Of a stretch of 64,000 bases of DNA, positions 1 through 11,759 are shown in pieces. Made by a program: the position numbers and the translations under genes. Within the stretch, counting starts at the first letter, position 1. Each line of letters opens with the position of its first letter. The stretch comes from Fimbriosthenelais zetlandica (taxonomy: Eukaryota), in assembly GCA_977030845.1 (NCBI GenBank), contig OZ365118.1, positions 16,864,001 to 16,928,000 of the forward strand, read 5' to 3'. Under the pieces are notes generated by a model. It saw nothing but the letters and a program-made list of their open reading frames with translations. It searched no databases and had not been told where the DNA came from.

Positions 1-931
1 ATAGCAATACCGGCTTTTAAAAGGGACTTAAAGTAGTTATTAGAATCTTCTTTGACTAATGCCTATCGATGTTTTGATAAGTGATATCATTGGCATAGCA
101 TCAGTGGCATAGCATCAGCACAGCCTTTTAAGATAGTCTTAAAGGAGGAAACAATCTATCAGATTATGTATCAAACATAAGTTTGTCTCCTGGTTAGGTT
201 CCTTCAAACTCAAATTATTCTGGCCTTATAGATTTTCTCAAATATACATAGTATAGACTAGAGACTGGTGCCCCTCCCAGGCCTGGTAGAACCCAGCCCT
301 GGAGACGTGGACTCACAGTGGGCCCTCAATCCCTCCATGTCAATTGGTTGAAAGGCAGTGGGCGATGGAAAGCACCTCTAGAGGGGGTCCAATCAGTGAG
401 CTATTATAGCCCTCCCAGACCTGCCAATGTCTGCTAGCAGGACTAGGGTCTTGTAGATAAGGTTTTTATTCATAGGCTAACATTCCAGTTCCCAGGCTAT
501 ACCAGGCAGTGCAAGGGCTGGGGAGAAAAAGACGGAGAGAGACAGGAAAAAAACATGATAACCTTCACAAGTGGTGGCTGATGACAACAAAGTTTGGGTG
601 TTGTACGGAAGGGTAATGGTGGTGAAAGAGAATATCATGTTTTGTGGGCTCAGTGCAATTCAGGAGATTGTTACGAAAAGGTATATTAGCCATGGACTTA
701 TAATATTCCTGTTAGAACAGGCCCATGAGTTTGGTGTAACTCTTTGGCATGAAACAATTTCAAATTACTAGATATTTGTCCAGATATTTCCAATACTAGG
801 GGCCTGTTACATAGCCAATAGGTACTACAATAGTTGGACTATGGTCTATGGACTGATGTAGCACATCTAACTTTTATAACAAGCCCCTGTCTACCTTGAG
901 ATGACTAAATTTCCTTGTTATTTTTTCACAG

Positions 932-1773
932 AATGCCTCCTTAGCTTTGGCACCGCTGGCCATCACATCAGACAGGAAGGAGATGATCGACTTCACTGAG
1001 CCTTTCTTCACTACCGGTTACTCTATCGTCATGCAGCGTCACACTCAGCGCCACTCCATGTTTCATCTACTCAGTCCTCTATCTCTCTTCGTGTGGGGCC
1101 TCATGGTCGTTGTCTTCCTTGTCATCAGTATGACACTTTACGTCGTTGACCGGCTGGCCCCTGGCAACGGCAATGAATCGTCCAAGCACCGCTTGACAGC
1201 CAGTGACAGCCTCTGGTTCACCTTCGCTTCTATGGTGCTGCGAGTGACTGACATCGTGCCCAGATCCATCTCCAGCAGGATCCTGGCTGGATCACTCTGG
1301 CTCTTCAGCATTATCATGATCTCCACATACACCGCCAACTTGGCGGCCTTCTTGACAGTGTTTCGGTTCAGTGCGCCGGTGCAGAGCATACAGGACTTGG
1401 CCTTGCAGAGCCATGTGACATATGGGACGGTGCGGGGCAGCCATGTTAGTGCCTTCTTTGAAAATAGCAAACTCCCCCATTTTCAAAGGATGTGGCATGT
1501 CATGTCCTCGGGAGACCAGGCTGGCATGGTGAATTCCACCCTGGAAGGGTTTGACATGGTCAGTCGGAGTGCTGGGGACTATGCCTTCCTCTGGGAGACC
1601 TACCAGATCCGACTGCGCACTAGTGTGCATTGTGACCTCTATGAGGTGGGGGAAACTTTTGGCCTCCGGGAGTATGGACTCGGGGTGCCCCAGGGCACTC
1701 ACTATCGTGATAAGCTTTCTATAGCTATACTTAGGCTGCGGGAGAACGGCAAGCTTCAGGAGTTAGAACATAG
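932..1773 (+). CDS. iGluR gene A, internal core exon (end of S1, M1, M2 pore loop, M3, most of S2); non-NMDA, delta/kainate-like subunit; gene incomplete at the 5' end
   Basis: Acceptor ttttttcacAG at 930-931 and donor AG|GTGAGT at 1774. 842 bp, phase 0 to phase 2. Translation has APLAITSDRKEMIDFTEPF (S1), WFTF...DIVPRS (M2), TYTANLAAFLT (M3), YGTVRGSHV and YAFLWE (S2) and YRDKLSIAILRLRENG. Confidence 0.95.
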
Positions 1774-4700
1774 GTGAGTATGCTTAAATCTATTGTTTCT
1801 CATTAAAAGAATATACTTTGATCCCTAACACTGGGTAAGTATGGTGAACAAACCGAATCATTTATAATTGCATTAGTCTAATCAACTCTTAATCCCCTTA
1901 CTACATACTTAAAACAGTCACCCCTGAATATTCTTTATAAGATATGGAGCTAAACAGGCTTCCAGGGCTAACAGAATCTATAGCATGACTAAATAAAGGA
2001 TATTATATAGAGGCAATGAAGGGTTTTTATCACTGAAAAAGCTCAAAATCCACAAGCTGCTGCTGCCGTGGAACAAGCAGAGACTGAAGGAACCTCTATT
2101 TCTATATGTTCTAAGCAGTTTTTCCTGTATGCTTCTCTAGTATGGTAGGCTACATAAAAGAGGCTGGGAGGTGGAGCATACAAATGGGCGAGGCAGGCAG
2201 GTGTCCTTCCTCAATGCCCTTTGGTCCCCATGTATTTAGTATACTAATGAGGCCATGATGCCTGAACTGCTGCACCGAGCCCTCAGCCCTCCAAACCTCT
2301 ATACCAAATCTGACGCCTTTCCATGGAGAAAGTTACCATTGAGACTGCCTGAGACTTACTCTGGGAAGATATTGGATTGTTTTCTTTAAGATGAGAGTAA
2401 ATGGGTTGGGAATGCTTTTGGAAATGAACAGGTATTTATGAATGTGAAATAGTCGGTGCTGTTTCCTTCATTCACCATTGGTCAGTCACTGCAGATTTTG
2501 TCCTGAAACTTTGAATCAAATGACCTTTCCGCCTTCGTATAAATTTTCTGATTTTCCCTCGACAGAATGTCACCGGGGGTTTCCTTTCTTTCATTAGTCA
2601 TCTCCTGTTTTCTGTCTTTCAATTTTTTTTTCATATTTCATCTCCCTTTCAGATTTATTTTGAGATTTGAAGTATTGCACTCGTGAAGAGGCTGATATTT
2701 CACAGTTTCATCATGAATTAGTCATGGCTTTCTTAGCAGGGTGTGGGCGTCTTAGAGACAAATCGTTTATTACTCATTAATGAAGTTAATTATTAGTTAA
2801 TGGAGAATTTAAAGAAGCCTTTCGTAATTCAATAAATGCACTGTTTCATCAGAAAGTTATAAAATACATTGCCCTATAACAAATTCTCTTATATCTCCTC
2901 CGTTTGCCATCAGTTGATGACAAAAATATTTTCGAATTTAGTTGAAAATCACTTTGTGAAAGTTTGTAATCCAACATGGCTAGTTGAGGAAATTGTAAAT
3001 AGTTGATACTGGGAAGTAACATTGATCTGGGGGTACTTTTCATATGGTCATTATAATAATAATACCTACTCGCATGGTGATTAATCATGAAATAAGAGTG
3101 CTTTTTCCTGCCTATTTGTGATGAATTAGCCGGGCCAGCAGGCAGAGATATGTTTCATATTTGCCCATGTGGCTTCCCAGCTAAGTCATTATTAACCACT
3201 GCTGGGTGACAGAGAGTGTTAGGTAGGGCGTTAGATTATTCTATAGTCCCTGGCAGGGAGGGGGGATTATTTCCCACCAAGTGGCTGAGATAAATGACTT
3301 CCCCCAGGCCGGAGGCGAGCAATTAGCAAGCTCTGGCACATAGTCTTTCCTATGTTCCCCTCCATCCCATCATCCATTCACTATCAATGCCTTTTGGGCC
3401 CTTTCTCCGATAAATTCTGAAGATGAAAATTGTCCTTTTTAAACTTGTTTCGAATGGAATAAAGGCTATACATAGTGTAAGATATATGGCTTCCAGCCTC
3501 TTTAATATGTTTGAGCTGAAAAGGACCTTTACATTTGGTGCCGCAGGGACAAATTCCATCCGTTTTGGACAGTTTCTTCCTCCTGTCCTGACTGGCATAC
3601 AGTCTTCATTCTGTCCTGAAAGAAATACTTCTTTAAAATTTCTTACAGGAAAATAGTTCTGAGACAGTATAGTCTTCCTTCTGTCCTGATCAGTCTTCTG
3701 CCTATATTTTTTCTCTGCCTATACCATACCATATATCTATATGCATCATCACACGCGTGATAAATTTAAAATGGCCTGTGAGGTGAATGTTCAAAAACTG
3801 CTATAAAAACTCACTGACTCTCTGGCTTGCTGTATTGTGCTGTATAATGAAGTATATAGGAAGCTTGCTAGAGAAGGCCCCCTGCTTCTACCTGGTTAGA
3901 GCTCAATTACCATTGTTGAAAGTCTGAGTTACTCAGTGGACAGTGGGTGGATGGGAGAGGTGGGAGTAAGTAATTGCTTTAGATGAAAGACTTTCCATAC
4001 AGAAAGCTTTCATAGTGTAAGGGAAGGGTGGACTGGTAGCCGGTACCGCCCAGTGATTAGCTTGACTGAATGTTAATGAGTTATACTGGACCCTCAATGG
4101 TAATTTAACAAGTCAACGATGGGGCAGAACCTAAAGCTTCATTTGTACACTGGAAGCCGCGTCTCTTGTTGGACCCAGGAGGCCTGTACCTTCCTTCACC
4201 GTCACTTTATCAGCGACACTTGGCCGTCCGTCGCCTCTCTGACGACGCGCCAACATGTCGCCACCATTTCACAGTCGCGGATCTCCCAGCTCCACCAGTC
4301 GATCGTCAGACTTAATTTGTAGTCTGAGATTGTGTTGAACCCTGTCTGCGGTGAAGCCTCTCAGGGAGTGTAGCTAATAAAAGAGGCAGACGCCCAGATT
4401 GATCCCTGCTAGTGAGAATAATGAGGGGCAATCAGGTGTAAAATTAAAGACATACCTACTGACCTGCCAGCCCGGATTGCAGGCCGCCCCGGCCAATCCG
4501 TCAATGGCCCCCAACAAATGGGCCCGGCTTCTAAAAATTACATTCACCAATGATGGATGGTTCTACCTGGTGAGTTCATGAGAATCTGTCTAACTAAACA
4601 TGGAAACGTGGAACTGTTTGTCTTAGCTTTGAAAGATTGGAGTTCAGGACAATAACTCAACCACACTATAAGGATGTTCTGCATTGCCCAATAGAGCCCT

Positions 4701-5184
4701 ATGTATTGCTCAGAAGTTTCCATTGAAACAGGGTTAAAAAATGGTCAGTGGCATATGAATTATGCTACCAAACATCCGGATGGGTATCAAGAATGATAGG
4801 CACATACTGTAAATTTTCTTTAAAATGGCTGAATATGGTTATGACTTTAAGTTCAGAGTTACTGAAGAGTTGCAAACAAAGATAAAACTTATTTGTTTGA
4901 GTAACCTTTAAAGGATGTAGATAGAGGGTATATTTATTACTAACATACCACTTTAAACCACCCTATATGCCCTACCACCATCCCCTCCTTCCACTCACCA
5001 CCTGGAACCAGCCATTGGAAACATAATGCACCCACCACAACTCCCTCACTCCCTTCCACCCCATTGTCCGCCACTCCGACTCTCAAGTCTTCAATGATTA
5101 TAACTACCATTGCCAAATACCATTAGATCCCATCTACCTCCAGCTTCCCTCTCATTGCCATCTTCTCTCCTCTCTTTTTTACAG

Positions 5185-5368
5185 GTGGTTTCATAACCGG
5201 AAGTGCAAGCCTGTCTCCCCCCGTGCTCACGCGGCCGATTCCATCTCCATCGAGGACGTGGCTGGACTTTTCATTATCTTGGGTGCAGGAGTTGTCCTTG
5301 CCTTGGGCACTTCATTATTTGAGTATTGCTATAGGATAAAAAGAAGACGGAAAGCCACCAAAAATAGG
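5185..5368 (+). CDS. iGluR gene A, M4 exon (end of S2, M4, basic juxtamembrane segment)
   Basis: Strong acceptor tctctcctctcttttttacAG at 5183-5184 and donor AGG|GTAAAC at 5369. 184 bp, phase 2 to phase 0, in frame with the previous exon: (R)WFHNRKCKPVSPRAHAADSISIEDVAGLFIILGAGVVLALGTSLFEYCYRIKRRRKATKNR. Not in the ORF track because it has no start codon. Confidence 0.92.
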
Positions 5369-6553
5369 GTAAACATACCATATTCGCTCTAGACGCTCTA
5401 AGTAAATTAAGCGCACACACAGTCTCAGCGACTCTATCCAGAAGATAGCGTGATGGCCCACCTATACCTTCAATACTGCCGGTAAATCAGTGCAGATGAT
5501 CTCCATTTCAAAATTCTTTCTCATAGAAGAAGTCTTTTTTGGTCTCTCTCTACTGCTCTTGTTTGATTCCAATTCAATCTGTTCCATCCAGCCAATGCAC
5601 ATATGTATGAACTTCTGATATAGGAAGGATATGTACAGGTGTAGTGTCTTACTACTATCTCAGTCATCTAATATACTGATTGGACCATTTGGTAGACTAG
5701 TTCAATACCTTACTCGATCCCACACTGTAGTGCATCTCTTCTTTAGAAAAGATTAATTGTGCATCTGGCCCCTATTTATTAATGATTAATGAGAAAGTGC
5801 ATATTCAGAGTAGAAATTATTCCAAATGAAAGTTTCTAATTCCCATGCACAGACCTTTAGCTTGTCGCCCCTGGAGTTTCTTTCCCCCATCAGCATTGTG
5901 CCCTGGGAATTAATGACTAGATCCTAGTGAGACGATAATACTCTAGTGTGCCATGAAATCATTTTGATATTAATCCGATTCCACCATTCATATTTTCTTC
6001 CTTTTCATTTTGTTTCATAATTCAACGGCAGGTAAGGTAATAACACATATTTAGAGGCATTCCTTTGAACCACTCCTTTGCTGAAGCAGTATTGTACCAC
6101 CGTTTATTGCTTTTCCGTTGAAATAGCCATTGTAAACTTGTTCGTAATGGATTACAAGCAGTTCAAATGGTTCATCTAAATACCCCTCTTTCCATTCTTG
6201 AAATTCATTTTGATTAAATTTTTCCATTAAGCTTAATGACACCCCTCTCTTAATGAAAGTAAATGTCGATATCTTTCTGGACCTTCCGTATTCAATGAAT
6301 GTTCTAAATGATGAATATAAGTCCTAATGATTGTCTCTGATGAAATTCTGGCTAATAATGCAATGGTAACTCTCCTATAGATTCATGTTGACTTGTATGA
6401 TAGCTGGGTGCCGTCCAGTGAGGGTGCTTGTGCTGGTCTCGTCCCTACATGTGTGCCATATATTTTCATGTAGAGATTGTAGTAGGCCGACAGTCACTCT
6501 GTAAGGGGGAGTGGCTGTTATTAGCGTTCGTCCACTCTTCTTACTTGTTGCAG

Positions 6554-6685
6554 AAAGTCCCCGAAGAGAGCGTCTACACCAAACCACTGTGCGACGGCAA
6601 CGTCTCCGGAGCACTCCAAATGGAGGAGCCATTCCTCTCCCCAGTCTCCTCCTACACGGGATCCAAACAAACCCAGATCTTCTGA
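6554..6685 (+). CDS. iGluR gene A, terminal coding exon (cytoplasmic tail ending SKQTQIF*)
   Basis: Acceptor cttcttacttgttgcAG at 6552-6553, phase 0, TGA at 6683-6685. KVPEESVYTKPLCDGNVSGALQMEEPFLSPVSSYTGSKQTQIF is clearly homologous to the last exon of gene B. Confidence 0.88.
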   Translation, partial: KVPEESVYTKPLCDGNVSGALQMEEPFLSPVSSYTGSKQTQIF

Positions 6686-8125
6686 CAGTCCCTGTCCCCT
6701 CATAGTCATCACTGATACATCTACAGCCGCCATGACACATCGTCAACGTTCAACCACCCAATCCTCCAGCACCACCGTAGTTACCACCACTACCGTTACA
6801 GCGGCCACCACCACCGTGGCCAGCTGCTGTGGCCAGTCACCGACGCTCAAAACGCGAACTCCTCCTTCAGTTCCTCGCTACACAGATCCCATAGAAGATG
6901 CCGAGATTCTCCACTGATGACTGCTCATGACCTCTACCATCCCAGGTCAAGGTCATGAGATACCGGGTCAACGTCAGAGTGGTCACATGATCGATAATGG
7001 AGTATGTGTGTGTTCATGTAGCACTACCTACCCTGAGGTCGATAGGGCGCAGGACAATGAAGCAACGCTTAGGCCGGAGATTCCTCTCCCACATGGTTTC
7101 TGTGTGATGGATTGTTTACTAAACCCACATTGCCAAAAGTGCTTGATATTTCCAATGCCATGGACAGATGTGCTTGTTTTTGAATGTGGTGGATTGATGA
7201 GGGAACCTATGTGGACGAATGAGAATGTGGAGAATGTAGGTTGAGAACTAAAGTGTATCAGCTCTGTGATGACTGTGAAGGATAGACTTTTTGTACGTGT
7301 TATTCACACATGAAACTATTGCAGACTATCCATGTTTTTCCTTTGTGACTTCCAACATTAATGTTGTTGCCATGAGAACTCTTTTGGTGATTATTATGAT
7401 GGAATACGATCTGATATAATTATTGTGTATATTTTTACTAAGGTATCAATATATTCATCTCTTTTGGTTGAGATTGTGGACCTCTCACAATGGTCTCTGC
7501 CGGATATGAGATGCACAGATCTTGTACAGTTAATCAGCATGGTGTGATTGAATGACTTCAGCTGGAGACGACCAGATGTAAATGTGTCAGACAGATTTTC
7601 ACTCCACATCCATCTATTGTTAATTGAAGTAACATTTCTCTCAATGTATTGGGCTTTGAAAGTCTTTCAAATGACTAGTTTTAATAGGAAAGCTCTGTGC
7701 AAGTGAGGAAGATACGCGAAGCATGGAACCGTAGTAATGTTTCAATCCTCAGGTCTGTAGTATGACATCAACTGACCCATAGATGACCAATACAGAGGGT
7801 TTCTCCATGGTCAAGCATTAACAGAATGCACCCATTGAACACCCTCAAGTGGATGACTAGTTTCCCATGGAAAAACATGACCAATCCTCGAAGGAAAGTG
7901 AAAGGACCGTCAAAAGGCATGTCGATTGATGGCATGCCAGCAGAGATCGAAAGTACCACATCTTTTTAAAGCTTCTCCCCAAAATTGGTGCCCGTCCTAA
8001 TAATCCCAAATATACACAAAATGTCTTTCTCTGCAACATCTGAATTGACTGAATCTCCATTAGACATTTCACCGACTACAAAAGATGCGACGAACATTGA
8101 AGAAAACATAAAAGGAAGAGTCAAG

Positions 8126-8332
8126 AATAAAGTGTCAACCAGCCAAGTTTAAAATCATATATGCAAATACTGCATATTTCTTGGGAAGGGTTAGTATTGG
8201 TTATTTCTAAATGTATCAAATAAAAGAAGGGTATTAAATGTGTAATCTGCTCAGCCAAAGTTTAACAACTTGTATTATAATTGGACGAGGGTTGCTCGTC
8301 TCACTGTAAATGTAACATACTGTATTATTAAA
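8126..8332 (+). terminator. Candidate polyadenylation signals of gene A (3' UTR about 1.5-1.7 kb)
   Basis: AATAAA at 8126-8131 and 8219-8224 and ATTAAA at 8327-8332, followed by a T-rich tract. Sequence only; no transcript evidence. Confidence 0.4.
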
Positions 8333-11300
8333 AGTATCACATTGATTTTGTATTTTTATTCAAAAATATAGAATATATATAATATCACCTTCACTCTTCT
8401 TATCTATGTAGTGGTAGCATTTTGTTTGTTTTATTTTAGTGAAAATGTGATAAAAATGTTTCAAACCATCTCAAGGATACAAGCATTGGTTTAATCTGAA
8501 TTTTACCTTTAACCAACAGAATGTTCTTCATCTACATTATTTGGACATCGGATCATGGTCAGTAGTTTTTGACAACACTAAGTTCAAGTTCAACTAACAA
8601 AGTTTCATTTTTTCTAGATCTTAAGTTAAGAACCATTGGACCGTCAAACTAACACTAAATAGATTAAGCTGTTTTATAGATAAGTTTCCGTTGTCCTTTG
8701 AGGCTTATTACATGTATGAAAAACATTAATTTATAAATATTTAATAATTATTTCGACACGTCAAAAAGGACTATGGCAACGTGTGGAGATCATCCCATAG
8801 GGTAAGGATTCAGTCATCCAACACAAAAGCCATCCAACTAGTTCTGTAAATGCCTCGCATGCATATTCTGTATGCATACTCTAGATCATTCCGCGGTTTA
8901 TTTCTGGCATGTTTTGATGAACACTTTTTAAACTAAATCTCTCAAGGCCGTGCGCCACTCAGCTAAATTATGCCAGCACAGGCAGATTATTCAAATCATG
9001 AACACAAGTAGCGACAACTAACAAATGTAAATTTTATGGAATATTCAGTGGAAAGTTTTCCATAAAGTTGGAGGGACTCCGGATAAGGCATTATGATTAT
9101 AATGAAGTGGATAATTCGCTTATCAAACTGAATCTCAATTCGCCAAAGCTAGAGGTTTCAAAAGAAGTCACAACATTGGAAGTATTGTTTCAAGTATCTA
9201 GTGAGAAGAAGCCTAGCTCCAGACCTAGACAAAAAACCTGATAGAATTTGGTTGGGGGTGCAACTCACGCTTCCTACCGTTTAATGCAAATCAGATCACT
9301 TTGTTGGGACTGTCCAACCAATAGATTGAAGGGGACAGTCAGTAATGCTAAAAAGCGGTGCTGAGGTGTTAATCAGGTTACCAAAGTAGGCAGCGGTTGG
9401 CAGGGGCCGGCGCCTTGTGGGTAGGGGGAAGTGTCACATTAAAGAAGGATCAGAATAAGAGGCGATGTAAACTATCCAAGCAGGGAGAACTAGCTGTTAA
9501 TGACTCGACCAATGCCCGGGCCCATCTGATAGGCCTGATTCATGTCATCAAAAAGCACCCCGCATCAATCGGATGTCGGCTATTCTTCCCCTGCCCGTGC
9601 GAGCTGCTCCTTTGTCGAGCTGTTTATCTGGCTTTGGGAGCGGTATTGTGTGCTGCTTTGTGCTATTGTTTCTCCTCTTTTATGGCCTGTTTTTGTGGGT
9701 CCTTGAGCTGCGTGCTCATATATAGAGGTGTATAGAAGTGGGTCACTGTATGATTGGGATACACTGGTCTTTTTACCAGATCGCCTTACACTGATCGCAT
9801 GTCTGGTCTGGATATGTCTAAGGAAGTTATCCCTTCCTATCTATTCATCTGTCCTTTATCTACCTGCCTGTCTACCTACCAGACTAATATGCAATATGCA
9901 ATCTGTGAGCGTTGTATGGACGTTCTGTCTACACTGCCATAGCTAGAACTTGGTCTGCTTTGTCAGAATTATGCCTTCCAAAGCTTGAAGCTTCCGCAAG
10001 GCTGTGTTCTGCTTCCATATGCAGCATATTCATTCGCATTCTTTGCCTCTCATAAATAGTATTCCTATTTGTTTTACGTATATACTGAGGTAGTCTAATA
10101 TATAATGGAATGCAATATAAATAAAAGGTGTATAAACACAAGCCGTATATCTGCCACACTGCTAGCCTCGGCTCTATGATGATCATAGAGCGAGGAATTA
10201 TCCAGTGTCGCTTTATTGTCCTACGAAATGAATCTCTTTTATCATTTAATCTGACAGTGATAGTTCCCAGCTGACTACGCCCACAGAATCTCCGACTGAC
10301 CATCTGCCTCTCCTCCCACACTTCCCAACCCCACAGTAATTTTCCCCAGGAATGATAACTTCATAAAATTCTGATCTGTCAATATCCTATTTATGTTTCA
10401 ATTTAATCAAGGAAGTGGGAATAAATGAGAAATATGAAGGCGCTTTCGAAACTTATAAGATTTATCATAAAAGGTGTTTTTTTAAAATACACTCAGTTTA
10501 TGAAGTAAAGCACAGTCAGGCAGGATGGGATCTCATTATCCTCTCTTAACTTTTATGTATGTCATCCTGACTGTACGCCTGAACAAATTGAAAACTAAAA
10601 ACCATGGTAAAATTAAATTATATACTTTGAGAAAGTAATTGTTGAAGTAGGGCCTAGGACCAGTTGATTTGGAAAGTAGGTCATCGGTCTTTTTAACTAT
10701 TTGATTTTAATTTAACAAGTTATTAGGCTAAAATGAAATCAGGTCATGGAATTTCAGTTAACGAAAATTAAATTTATTTCATTTTATATGCAAAATACAC
10801 TTTCACCATATGCTGACCTACAAGCATGCAGCAGTATGTTCCTCTGGATGTTCTAAGCTCCATCACTTAAAAGATTTCCAAATTAAATATTAAAAAAGCC
10901 GAAAGAACAAAAAAGGTTCTGGGTAACATTGCAGTGCCCTGTACATTCAAAGAACCCTTTTATGTCACAAAGCCTTAGAATGAGTAAATTTATATCATCT
11001 TTTCAATGACCCTCTCTAGTAGAGCTAGTGAAAGCAGATTTTGTTCGTTGATGAAAGCCTCTCGTCTGTAGGATCGGGGCCCTTGTTCTCCATTTAATGA
11101 GCACGGTGAAAACGTTGACACGAAGAGCTTTCAGACCTAAACCTCAGAAGCAATCCATTTTTTCTTGCTTTAATTACAGAGGAGAATAGGAGCAAAGTAT
11201 TTTGATCAGAGCCTTGAACAGTACAGCAAAGAGAAGCGTAATTCCTGGCCACAATCACCCAGTATTTCAGTGTTTTTCAAACAACTAGAGACACTGTAAT

Positions 11301-11759
11301 TATCCGACAGGCTCGGGCAGAGAATGGAATGGGAAAAGCCAATTCCGTTCAGATGAACTGGGCCGCTAGAATAGCACCAGGCCCTCTGGGTGCCAACCCT
11401 ATGCATTGTCTTGGATAGCTATTGAATTGCATCCAGTAGATTTGCCAGATAACGATTGCTGCTGAGGAGATAACATTGTGCTATAGATAACGCACAGGGG
11501 GGTTCGGGGGTGGTCTTTTTCCCCCCATCCTCACTGCCTTTCTACTTTTCCTTCTAACCCCATTTATTGCTGGCTCTTGGCTGTAGGACCACCAGAACCG
11601 AGCTATCTTGTCCCAGTTGCCCTCATCGTTTTGCAAGTGAAAATCAGCCAGCAAGCTTGTTTTGATGCGCTGCCTGGATGTTTTTCCATGGACAGTCATT
11701 AGTCAAGATAAGAGAGCATGGGGTGTACAGGGCCCCGGCCACTTTTCTAGGTCGGTGGA

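Noticed and set aside
947-1777. ORF-track call of a stand-alone 276-aa protein (and 334 aa at 56410-57414)
   Set aside because: Both are internal exons bounded by consensus splice sites. The TTG/GTG starts, the extra 43 N-terminal codons of B and the terminal stops all derive from intron or internal sequence.
3148-3168. miR-190-like sequence AGATATGTTTCATATTTG
   Set aside because: It folds on itself into a tiny hairpin and has no star arm or precursor geometry.
6674-6685. Canonical class I PDZ ligand at the C-termini
   Set aside because: Position -2 is Gln/Asn and Thr is at -3, so it does not fit S/T-x-hydrophobic. Reported only as a conserved terminal motif.
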